This document shows positions 17,806-25,942 of a stretch of 53,677 nt of DNA, one piece after another. The stretch spans positions 1 to 53,677 of the forward strand of contig JACCQZ010000098.1 in assembly GCA_013813875.1 (NCBI GenBank), given 5' to 3'. The first letter of the stretch is position 1. Every line of letters begins with the position of its first letter. The stretch comes from Gemmatimonadales bacterium (GTDB taxonomy: Bacteria; Gemmatimonadota; Gemmatimonadetes; Gemmatimonadales; GWC2-71-9). Position numbers and translations under genes: made by a program. Below the pieces are notes generated by a model. It made no database searches and had not been told where the DNA came from. It saw only the letters and a list, made by a program, of their open reading frames with translations.

Positions 17806-19494
17806 GTGACATCTTCTCGCACCTTCCTGACCCTGGGTTCCCTAGCGTCCGCGCTGCTTGCCTGCAGCAACGGCGGCACCGGTCCCGATCCCGATCCACT
17901 GCTGGACTGCTCCAGTGCGCCGACGACATCACTGGCGGTGGGGCAGCACACCGTGGTGGATGCGGCGGAGACCGCGTGCGTGCGCCTGCCGGCGGCCGGG
18001 GCCGCTGGGGCGGGATATCTCTACGTGGCACTCTCGGGACAGGGGGAGGAGGACGAAGGGGGAGTCACCGCCGGGTACGAGCTGACGGCGAGCACTCCTG
18101 GCATAGCAACGGTGGAGCCGCAGCTCGCGCAGGCGCGACGGGGGCGCGGCCCCACCCGCGCCGCGTCCTTCCACGCCACTCTCCGGGAGCGAGAACAGGC
18201 GTTGTCGCGGGTGCCGGGAGCCGCCGCCTTTTCCCGTTCGCGGGTGGGCCGCCAAGCGCCGACCCCGCCGGTGGTGGGTGACAAGCGGACCTTCGAGGTG
18301 TGCGAGACTCCGACCTGCGAATCGTTCGTGAATTCCACCGCCACGGCCAAAGTCGTGGCCGAGCGGGTGGCCATCTTCGTGGATGACGGAGCCCCGGCGG
18401 GCGGGTATACCGACGCCGACCTCGCCAACGTCGGCCGGCTGTTCGACGACCAGCTCTATGCCATTGACACCACCGCCTTCGGCCGGGAGTCCGACCTCGA
18501 CGACAACGGTGTGGTGGTCGTCCTGCTTACCCAGCGGATCAACGAGCTCAGTCCCAACTGCGACGCCGATGGAAGCGTCATCCTCGGCTACTTCTTCGGC
18601 CTCGATCTGCTGCCGGCCCAGGACAACTCGAACGGCGGCGAGATCTTCTATAGCCTCGTCCCCGATCCTGACAACAGCGATTGCGGCATTGACAAAGAGT
18701 TCGCGACCGATTTCCTGGCCCCGGTCTTCATTCACGAATTCCAGCACATGATCAGCTTCAACCAGCATGTGCTGGTCCGGAATGCCCCGGCGGAGGAGAC
18801 CTGGCTCAACGAGGGCCTGTCTCACTTCGCCGAGGAGCTGGGCGGCCGCCTCATTCCGGACACCGAGTGCCAGTCGGCGCGGTTCGCCTCCTGCGAGGCG
18901 CAGTTCATAGGGGTCGGAAACCTGGACAACGCCTATGCCTACCTGGACTCCCTGGAGCAGCATTTTCTGATCGAGCCCGCCGCCTCCTCCGGGCAGCTGC
19001 CGGAGCGGGGCGCCAACTGGCTCTTTGTCCGCTGGCTCGCCGACCACTTCGCCTCCACCCTTCCGGCGGGCACCGACCTGACCCGCCAGCTGGTGCAGAC
19101 CAGCCGGGTCGGCAGCGATAACGTCACGGCCCTGGTGGGCGAGCCGTTCGACAAGCTCGTGGCGGAGTGGCAGCTGGCAAACTACCTGGACAATCTTGCG
19201 GGTTTTACCCCCGCCAGCTCGCGGCTGCAGTACACCACCTGGAATTTTCGGGAGCTCTTCCAGGTCAACTTTGACGAAGGCGCGTTCGCCAAACCCTATC
19301 CCCTGACGCCGGACAGTACCACGACGGGCAGCTATTCCCGGCTGGGTGTGCTCCGGGGCGGGTCGGGCCGCCACCTCCTGATAGCCCAGCAGCCATCGGC
19401 CGGCGCGGTGGAGCTCCGGCTCACCCGGGATGATGCCGACGCCGCGCTGCCGGCCTCGGTCGCGCCGCGCGCCGCTCTCGTGCGGATCCGGTGA
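17806..19494 (+). CDS. secreted lipoprotein, putative HExxH zinc metallopeptidase (possibly M30-like)
   Basis: Lipobox in MTSSRTFLTLGSLASALLAC. Single FIHEFQHMISF (HExxH) motif followed by WLNEGLSHFAEE. The M30 family assignment is from memory only. Confidence 0.55.
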   Translation: MTSSRTFLTLGSLASALLACSNGGTGPDPDPLLDCSSAPTTSLAVGQHTVVDAAETACVRLPAAGAAGAGYLYVALSGQGEEDEGGVTAGYELTASTPGIATVEPQLAQARRGRGPTRAASFHATLREREQALSRVPGAAAFSRSRVGRQAPTPPVVGDKRTFEVCETPTCESFVNSTATAKVVAERVAIFVDDGAPAGGYTDADLANVGRLFDDQLYAIDTTAFGRESDLDDNGVVVVLLTQRINELSPNCDADGSVILGYFFGLDLLPAQDNSNGGEIFYSLVPDPDNSDCGIDKEFATDFLAPVFIHEFQHMISFNQHVLVRNAPAEETWLNEGLSHFAEELGGRLIPDTECQSARFASCEAQFIGVGNLDNAYAYLDSLEQHFLIEPAASSGQLPERGANWLFVRWLADHFASTLPAGTDLTRQLVQTSRVGSDNVTALVGEPFDKLVAEWQLANYLDNLAGFTPASSRLQYTTWNFRELFQVNFDEGAFAKPYPLTPDSTTTGSYSRLGVLRGGSGRHLLIAQQPSAGAVELRLTRDDADAALPASVAPRAALVRIR

Positions 19495-20555
19495 CCCGGA
19501 TGATCTTCCTTGCCGTCGTCGCAGCGCTCTTTGCCGGTTACGGCACCGCGTACCTGGCCAGCGAAGACGTCCGCTACATCTCTCGAGCCGGCATGGAGGA
19601 GACCCGCATCCTCCAGTCCCGGGAGCCGATCGGCGACCTCGTGGCCAGCCGGGAAACCGATCCGGCAGTACGGCACTCGCTCCGGCTGGTTCTGCAGACG
19701 CGAAACTACGCCGCACGGCTGGGACTCAACGCCAAAGAGACCTACACCACCTACGCCGATGTCGGCCGCGATACGCTCCTGTTGGTGCTGCAGGCCGCTC
19801 CCCGAGACTGCATCTGCCCCTACACCTGGAAGTATCCCATCGTGGGAAGGATTCCTTACAAGGGGTTCTTCGACTTCGCCGTTGCGCGCCGGTCGGCGGA
19901 CCAGATGAGCTCGCGGGGCTACGACGTCTACCTTCGCCCCTCGTCGGCCTTTTCCACGCTCGGGTGGTTCAACGATCCCCTGCTCTCCACCGCGCTGAGT
20001 CGTGACTCGGTGGAACTCGCCGCCCTGGTGTTCCATGAGATCGCGCACAACACGCTCTACGTGAAAAGCGCCACCCCCTTCAACGAGAGCTATGCCCAGT
20101 TCGTCGGCTATCGGTCGGCCCAGTCGTTCTTCATCGAGCGGGGGGACACGGCGAGGGCCCGCCAGGCGGCCGACCGCTGGCACGACGAGATGGTGCTCGG
20201 TGAGTTCTACCAGGATTTGGTCGCTCGGCTGGAGCAGCTCTATGCCTCAGAGCCCGACTCGGCGGCGCTCGAAGCCGGCCGCGCCGAAGCTGGGGCCTGG
20301 GCGCGGCAGCAGCTCGACGGGTCGGTCGGGGCCCGGCTGCGGACGCTCCGATTCGGAGCTGCCGCCGACCGGCCGGTCAACAACGCGCGCCTGATAGGCG
20401 CCACGATCTACCGCACCAGGCTGGATCTGTTCGAGCGGTGGTACCAGCGCCACGACCGGGACATACGGAGCAGTGTCGCCGCGTTGGGTGAGCTGATGGA
20501 TGGTGTCGAGGGTGACAGCGCGTTCGGGAGGCTGGAGCAGGCTGCTGGGAAGTAG
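19491..20555 (+). CDS. putative aminopeptidase (DUF2265 / COG4324-like zinc peptidase)
   Basis: The GTG start overlaps the upstream stop (GTGA 19491-19494); an alternative ATG lies at 19500. N-terminal TM helix, a FHEIAHN (HExxH) motif and YPIVGRIPYKGFF typical of this family. Confidence 0.65.
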   Translation: MTRMIFLAVVAALFAGYGTAYLASEDVRYISRAGMEETRILQSREPIGDLVASRETDPAVRHSLRLVLQTRNYAARLGLNAKETYTTYADVGRDTLLLVLQAAPRDCICPYTWKYPIVGRIPYKGFFDFAVARRSADQMSSRGYDVYLRPSSAFSTLGWFNDPLLSTALSRDSVELAALVFHEIAHNTLYVKSATPFNESYAQFVGYRSAQSFFIERGDTARARQAADRWHDEMVLGEFYQDLVARLEQLYASEPDSAALEAGRAEAGAWARQQLDGSVGARLRTLRFGAAADRPVNNARLIGATIYRTRLDLFERWYQRHDRDIRSSVAALGELMDGVEGDSAFGRLEQAAGK

Positions 20556-20594
20556 CCTCGGGGCGGAGTTCGGCGGTGTTGCGAGACAGGACAT

Positions 20595-20659
20595 GTCACG
20601 CTGAGCGGAGCGAAGCGGCCGAAACGACGCTACGGCCCCTTCGCTGCGCTCAGGGTGAC
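20595..20659. repeat. family A palindromic repeat, copy A2
   Basis: GTCACGCTGAGCGGAGCGAAGCGGCC-loop-GGCCCCTTCGCTGCGCTCAGGGTGAC, between convergent genes. Confidence 0.9.
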
Positions 20660-20670
20660 GACCTGCTCGA

Positions 20671-21183
20671 TTATCGGCTGCTCGGCGCCACGCTGTCGGC
20701 TGCCGAAGTGTCACTGACCGTGCCGCTGTCGCTCGCCGTTTTCCCGAGACGGCGCTTTGCCTTGTTCTGCTTGCGCTCGCCTTTCCCCGCTTTGGTGGTA
20801 TCGTCATCCACCGGCCGCTCCATCCCCCGATAACCCGCCGGATTCTGCCGCGCGGCGCTGGTATCCTGCCAGGTGCTGTCGTCGTAGGTGCCGGTGACAC
20901 GATCCTCGACCGCTCCGGCGGAATCGCGGCCCGATGAATCCGCCGCCGCCGAATCCTGCCCGGCCGAATCGGTGAAGACGTTCGATGGACGCTCCATACC
21001 ACGATAACCCGGTGGATTCTGCACTTCGGGCGTGCTGTCCGTCGAGTAACCCCATTTAGTGGAGTCCTGCTCGCCTTGGCGCTGGGTTTCCTGAGCCTCC
21101 GCCGTCGCGGCCGAAGCGCTGAGGGCGGCCAATCCCACGATCAGGCCGTAAAGGTGTTTCCTGGTGATCTGACGCTTCATCAT
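20671..21183 (-). CDS. small secreted Ser/Asp-rich protein with duplicated NP(P/A)GYRGMERP motif
   Basis: Only the last 170 codons of ORF 20671..22197 look genuine. ATG ATG at 21183/21180 is preceded by GGGAGGAATG. Signal peptide MMKRQITRKHLYGLIVGLAALSASAATAEA. Confidence 0.5.
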   Translation of the reverse strand: MMKRQITRKHLYGLIVGLAALSASAATAEAQETQRQGEQDSTKWGYSTDSTPEVQNPPGYRGMERPSNVFTDSAGQDSAAADSSGRDSAGAVEDRVTGTYDDSTWQDTSAARQNPAGYRGMERPVDDDTTKAGKGERKQNKAKRRLGKTASDSGTVSDTSAADSVAPSSR

Positions 21184-21249
21184 TCCTCCCGCTGTTGATA
21201 AAATGAGAGCGGCCGCAGCCTCGCATGCCTCGGCCGCAGGGGATACTTT

Positions 21250-22716
21250 ATGGGCGAAGTCCGTTCCCCTCCCCTCGCCGCGAGTCAGATGCGTATGGAT
21301 GCCGATTTCGTCGCACGCGAGCAGCCTCGGCTGCTCCAGGAGCTGGTAGACTTTCTGTCCATCCCGAGCGTAAGCGCCCTGCCGGCACACGCATCGGACT
21401 GCCGCCGGGCGGCCGAATGGCTGCGGGCGGAGTTGACCAGGCTGGGATGTCCGGTGGTTCAGCTCATCGAGGGCCAGGGCCATCCGGTCGTCTGGGCCGA
21501 GGGTCCACAGGTCCCCGATCGGCCGACGCTGCTGGTGTACGGCCACTACGATGTGCAGCCCCCCGATCCGATCGAGGAGTGGGAGACTCCGCCGTTCGAT
21601 CCGACTGTCCGCGACGGCCGGCTCTACGCCCGCGGAGCGGCGGACGACAAAGGACAGGTCTTCTGTCTCCTCAAGGCCTACGAGGCGGTGCTCGACGGCG
21701 ATGGCCGGCCCCCGCTCAACGTGCACTTCATCTTCGAGGGCGAAGAGGAGTGCGGGGGCGAAACGATCGTGGATCTTCTGCGGGCCGAGCCGGAGCGGAC
21801 CCGTGCCGACGCGGCGCTGGTGTGCGACATGTCGTACTACGCACCGGGGTGGCCAGCGGTCTATACCGCGCTTCGCGGACTGTGTTATGCTGAGATATCG
21901 GTGCGCACGCTGCAGCGCGACCTCCACTCCGGCGCCTACGGAGGCGTGGCCCCCAACGCGATCGAAACCCTGGTGCGGATCCTCGCCGGCCTCAAGGACG
22001 AGGATGGAGAGATCCTGATCCCCAAGCTGTATAAAGCGGTGGTGCCGCCGGGCAAGAAGGAGCTCAAGAGCTGGAAGCGGCTGCCGTTCGACGAGGAGAG
22101 CTACCTGCGCGAGGAAGTCACCGCGCGGGCGCTCACCGGGCTCAGCGACTACTCGGTCTTCGAGCGGGTGTGGGCGCTGCCCACCTTGGAGATCCATGGC
22201 ATACGGGGCGGGTTCACCGGTGAGGGAGCCAAGACGGTCATCCCGGCGCAGGCCACGGCAAAGGTGAGCCTGCGGTTAGTGCCCGGGCAGCGCTTCGAGA
22301 AAGTGGCACGTCAGCTCGAGCGTGCCGTGGCCGCCCTCGCCCCCAAGTGGGCCGATGTCACCGTCACCATCCTGCACGGTGGCGATCCGGTGCAGGTGCA
22401 GGTGGACCATCCCGCCTTTCAGGTGCTGGACGAGGCATTCGAGTCGGTAGTGGGCCGCAGGACGGTGCCGGCGCGGTCGGGGGGTTCCATCCCGATCATC
22501 CCCGAGCTCGGTCTCACCGGCGCCCCGGTGATGCTCACGGGAATCGGCCTGCCGGATGATGGGCTGCACTCGCCCAACGAGAGGCTCGACCTGGGACAGC
22601 TGTGGACCGGAATCCAGGTGTTCGGGCGGTTCCTGGAGCTGTTCGCGGAAAAGGGAGGACAGGGGACGCGGGTGGAAGGGGAGCCGGCGAGGATGGGGGA
22701 GGCGGTCGAGGCGTAG
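21250..22716 (+). CDS. M20 family dipeptidase / peptidase
   Basis: LLVYGHYDVQPPDP...YARGAADDKGQ...FEGEEECGG motifs of M20 metallohydrolases. The start may be one of the internal ATGs at 21289 or 21295. Confidence 0.85.
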   Translation: MGEVRSPPLAASQMRMDADFVAREQPRLLQELVDFLSIPSVSALPAHASDCRRAAEWLRAELTRLGCPVVQLIEGQGHPVVWAEGPQVPDRPTLLVYGHYDVQPPDPIEEWETPPFDPTVRDGRLYARGAADDKGQVFCLLKAYEAVLDGDGRPPLNVHFIFEGEEECGGETIVDLLRAEPERTRADAALVCDMSYYAPGWPAVYTALRGLCYAEISVRTLQRDLHSGAYGGVAPNAIETLVRILAGLKDEDGEILIPKLYKAVVPPGKKELKSWKRLPFDEESYLREEVTARALTGLSDYSVFERVWALPTLEIHGIRGGFTGEGAKTVIPAQATAKVSLRLVPGQRFEKVARQLERAVAALAPKWADVTVTILHGGDPVQVQVDHPAFQVLDEAFESVVGRRTVPARSGGSIPIIPELGLTGAPVMLTGIGLPDDGLHSPNERLDLGQLWTGIQVFGRFLELFAEKGGQGTRVEGEPARMGEAVEA

Positions 22717-23268
22717 TCAGACCTCTTCGGGCGAGATTCGCTTCATGGGGCCCGAGTATCGCGCCTCGGTGCGCGCCTGGAGCTCGTCCACGCCGATGAG
22801 GGCCCGCGCCGAGGCGATGATACCGGCAACGACATCGTCGGCCCAGTACGAATCGGGGCGCTCGCCGGCCGGGAGCTTGGCGACGCAGCTCTCGAGGTAC
22901 TGGATGGCGGCGGTGATCCATTCGGTCTGGGCCGACGCCACCGTAGACCACGACCCGGTAGATCGCAACTCCAGCTCTTCTAAAGACTTGAGGTGCTGGT
23001 CCAGGCCCTCGGTAACCGGCTTCGACCGGAGGCGGTCGGCGATGAGCGTCAGCACTGTCCGCCGCTCGGCCTCCTGCGGCTCCGGCAGCGGCGCCAGGTA
23101 GTGCCGCTGGTCCGCAACCATCTCAGCCAGCCGGATGCAGACGGCTCGGATGGCCGGCATCAGCGTCCCAGGAGCCTCTTTTGACCAACTGTCCGCAGCC
23201 CGGAGGATTTCCTTGATGCGCTGGTCGGCCTGAGCCTCCGGCGATGGGCGGAGAGGTGATTCAGCCAT
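22717..23268 (-). CDS. hypothetical protein (helical, no family recognised)
   Basis: The ATG at 23268 (MAESPLRP...) avoids overlap with lipB, whose stop is at 23315. Coding-like composition. The stop abuts the convergent M20 stop. Confidence 0.5.
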   Translation of the reverse strand: MAESPLRPSPEAQADQRIKEILRAADSWSKEAPGTLMPAIRAVCIRLAEMVADQRHYLAPLPEPQEAERRTVLTLIADRLRSKPVTEGLDQHLKSLEELELRSTGSWSTVASAQTEWITAAIQYLESCVAKLPAGERPDSYWADDVVAGIIASARALIGVDELQARTEARYSGPMKRISPEEV

Positions 23269-23314
23269 GCAGGCAGGAAAACCGAATTGCCCGGCGAACG
23301 CAAGCGGGGCGTTT

Positions 23315-23995
23315 TCACCACAGGGGATCCTGGTCGGCGGAGTTCGCAAAGCCGAACGCCTGCACCACCCCCTTCACGACCTCCCTCTTCGCCTCCGCCC
23401 ACAGCACTTCCCCATCGGACCGCAGCAGCTCCTCGGCCACGCTCGTCATCACCACCTGCTCGATGCCGCAGGGCACGATGAGGTCGAAGTAACTCAGGTC
23501 CGTGGTGATGTTGAGCGCGAAGCCGTGAAAGGTGACCCACTGCTTCGCATGGACCCCGATGCTCGCGATCTTCCTCCCCGCCGTCCATACGCCGGTCTGC
23601 CCGGGGATCCGGCCGGCTTCGACGTGGAGCGCGTCCAGTGCCTGAATCAGGCCGTCTTCCAGTGTTCGGAGGTACCAGTGGAGGTCCTGGCGGTGCTCGC
23701 GGAGGTCGAGGATCGGATAGCCCACGATCTGTCCGGGGCCGTGGTAGGTGACATCGCCGCCTCGCTCCACCTCGAACACGCTGACGCCCCGCCGCTCGAG
23801 CTCGGCTGGCGGCAGCGGAAGGCTGGTTGCGCGGGTGCCCCGGCCCAGCGTGATCACCGGCTGGTGCTCTACCAGCAACAGAACGTCGGTGGCCAGCGCT
23901 CCCGCCACCCGCCGGCGGCAGAGGTCACGCTGCAGTTCGAGCACCTCGCCGTACTCTCGATGGCCGAGGTCGTGGACCAGGAGCCGGCGGCTCAT
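23315..23995 (-). CDS. lipB: lipoyl(octanoyl) transferase
   Basis: 226 aa. LLLVEHQPVITLGR, RGGDVTYHGPGQ and SIGVHAKQWVTFHGFALN motifs. Confidence 0.9.
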   Translation of the reverse strand: MSRRLLVHDLGHREYGEVLELQRDLCRRRVAGALATDVLLLVEHQPVITLGRGTRATSLPLPPAELERRGVSVFEVERGGDVTYHGPGQIVGYPILDLREHRQDLHWYLRTLEDGLIQALDALHVEAGRIPGQTGVWTAGRKIASIGVHAKQWVTFHGFALNITTDLSYFDLIVPCGIEQVVMTSVAEELLRSDGEVLWAEAKREVVKGVVQAFGFANSADQDPLW

Positions 23996-24363
23996 GCGCC
24001 CGCGGCGAGTCTGCGCGCGAGCCGTGCCAGGAGGAGGGCGGCAAGGCCGGCGATACCCAGCAGGACGAGCAGCCCGAGCCGGCCGAAGAGCTGGTTCACC
24101 GGCATGCAGATCAGCATCAACAGCACGGTGGCGAAAGCGCTGACGACGGCGAGACCGCCCCGGCGGTAGGTGGACGAGAACGGCTCCATGAGCCGCCAGG
24201 CCACCACTCCCGAAAGGACGATACCGCCCAGCGTTCCCGCGAAGAGGAGATAGAGCGGAGCACCCAGGTCGGGGCTGCCGGTGCCGGCCGGCGCGCGCAG
24301 CAGATCAACCAGCAGCACCGTCGCGGTGATCAGCGAAAGGCCGAAGGACACGGCGGCGCCCAC
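23992..24363 (-). CDS. small hydrophobic membrane protein (about 4 TM), uncharacterised
   Basis: C-terminal part of ORF 23992..24873. There is no in-frame ATG after the lpdA stop. The GTG at 24363 gives VGAAVSFGLSLITATVLLV.... The stop overlaps the lipB start (ATGA). Start is uncertain. Confidence 0.45.
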   Translation of the reverse strand: MGAAVSFGLSLITATVLLVDLLRAPAGTGSPDLGAPLYLLFAGTLGGIVLSGVVAWRLMEPFSSTYRRGGLAVVSAFATVLLMLICMPVNQLFGRLGLLVLLGIAGLAALLLARLARRLAAGA

Positions 24364-24395
24364 CGCGGCGGCCGTGAGCGCGAGCGGATTTTCCT

Positions 24396-25793
24396 TCAGA
24401 TGTGCATCACCCGTCCCATCGAGTCGAGCGCGGCCTCGGCGATTGCCTCGGAGAGCGTCGGGTGGGCGTGGATGGCCAGGTCCACTTCCTCGACCGTGTA
24501 CTCGTTCTCCCGCGCCACGGTCAGCTCGTGGATGATCTCCGAAGCGTGGCTGCCGACGATGTGGGCCCCCAGGATCTCCCCGTACTTCTTGTCCCGGATG
24601 ATCTTGACGAAGCCCTCCGTCTCTCCGGCGGTGCGGGCGCGGCCGTTGGCGCTGAAAGGGAAGCGTCCCACCTGATAGTCGAGCTTCCGCTCTTTGGCCT
24701 GCTCCTCGGTGACGCCGATGCTGGCCACCTCGGGGTGGCAGTAGGTGACGCTGGGAACGTTGTCGTATTTGATCGGGTGCGGGGCATGTCCCGCGACCAG
24801 CTCCGCCACGAATACCCCCTCGCGGCTTCCCTTGTGCGCCAGCATCGGGGGCCCGGCGACGTCGCCGATGCAATAGACACCGGGCGCCGTGGTCTCCAGC
24901 GTGCCCGGATTGACCCGCACGAATCCGCGGTCGGTGAGCTGTACGCCGGCTTCCGCGAAGCCCATTCCCTCGGTGTTCACGGCGCGTCCAGCCGCCATGA
25001 GCACCTTCTCTACCTCCACCCTCTCGGTCTTGCCGCCGGTCTCGACCGCCAGTGTGACCTTGTCCTTGGCCACCGTGGCCTTCTTGACCTGCGCCCCAGC
25101 GAAGACGGCGATACCCCGCTTCTTGAAGCTCTTGGTGAGAACGTCTGAGGACTCAGCGTCCTCCAGCGGCAGGATGCGCGGCAGTGCCTCGATGAGAGTG
25201 ACTTTGCTTCCGAATGCGTTGAAGACGTCGGCGAACTCGCACCCGACCGCTCCCGCTCCAACCACGGCAAGCGTTTTGGGCGCCTGCTCGAGAAAGAGGG
25301 CCTCGTCCGAGCTGATGACGCTGGTCTTGTCAATCTCCAGCCCGATCTGGGGAATGCCTTTTACCCTGGAGCCGGTGGCGATGACCACGGCCTTCCCGGC
25401 CTGATATTCGTCCTTGCCGACCTGGACGGTGCGGTTCTTGGCCAGCGTCCCGGCTCCCTTCACCACCGTAATCTTGTGCTTCTTCATGAGGAACTCGACG
25501 CCTTTCGAGTTCTGCTCGGAGACCTTCCGCGACCGCCGCATGGCCACCCCGTAGTCGGTCTTGATTCCACCGACGTCCACTCCCAGCTCCTTGGCGTCGT
25601 GCGCCACCAGGTTGGCGACATAGGCGCTGTGCAGCAGCGCCTTGGTCGGGATGCAGCCGATGTTCACGCACACGCCGCCCAGCTTGTCCTTCTCCACCAC
25701 CGCGGTGGCGAGCCCGAGCTGAGCTGCCCGGATGGCGCACACATAGCCAGCCGGACCCCCGCCAAGTACGATCAAGTCGAACTGGTTGGGCAA
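24396..25793 (-). CDS. lpdA: dihydrolipoyl dehydrogenase (E3)
   Basis: 465 aa. GGGPAGY FAD motif, redox-active CVNIGCIPTK, and the C-terminal HAHPTLSE dimerisation motif. Confidence 0.95.
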   Translation of the reverse strand: MPNQFDLIVLGGGPAGYVCAIRAAQLGLATAVVEKDKLGGVCVNIGCIPTKALLHSAYVANLVAHDAKELGVDVGGIKTDYGVAMRRSRKVSEQNSKGVEFLMKKHKITVVKGAGTLAKNRTVQVGKDEYQAGKAVVIATGSRVKGIPQIGLEIDKTSVISSDEALFLEQAPKTLAVVGAGAVGCEFADVFNAFGSKVTLIEALPRILPLEDAESSDVLTKSFKKRGIAVFAGAQVKKATVAKDKVTLAVETGGKTERVEVEKVLMAAGRAVNTEGMGFAEAGVQLTDRGFVRVNPGTLETTAPGVYCIGDVAGPPMLAHKGSREGVFVAELVAGHAPHPIKYDNVPSVTYCHPEVASIGVTEEQAKERKLDYQVGRFPFSANGRARTAGETEGFVKIIRDKKYGEILGAHIVGSHASEIIHELTVARENEYTVEEVDLAIHAHPTLSEAIAEAALDSMGRVMHI

Positions 25794-25814
25794 GATTGTC
25801 TCCGTTTGAGATCA

Positions 25815-25938
25815 ATAAGTGACAAGTGACAAGTGACAAGTGACAAGGGGGCGGCAAGTGGCAGTGCAAAAAGTGGGTTGCCTTCAGCTCATACGCCTTC
25901 CCATTTTGCACCAACTTGTCACTTGGCACTTGTCACTC
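25815..25938. repeat. family C imperfect palindromic element, copy C2, with (AAGTGAC)x4 tandem heptamers
   Basis: AAGTGAC repeated four times at 25817-25844. The right arm CTTGTCACTTGGCACTTGTCACT (25915-25937) is its imperfect inverted repeat. AGTGCAAAAAGTGGG pairs with CCCATTTTGCAC. Confidence 0.75.
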
Positions 25939-25942
25939 TCCG

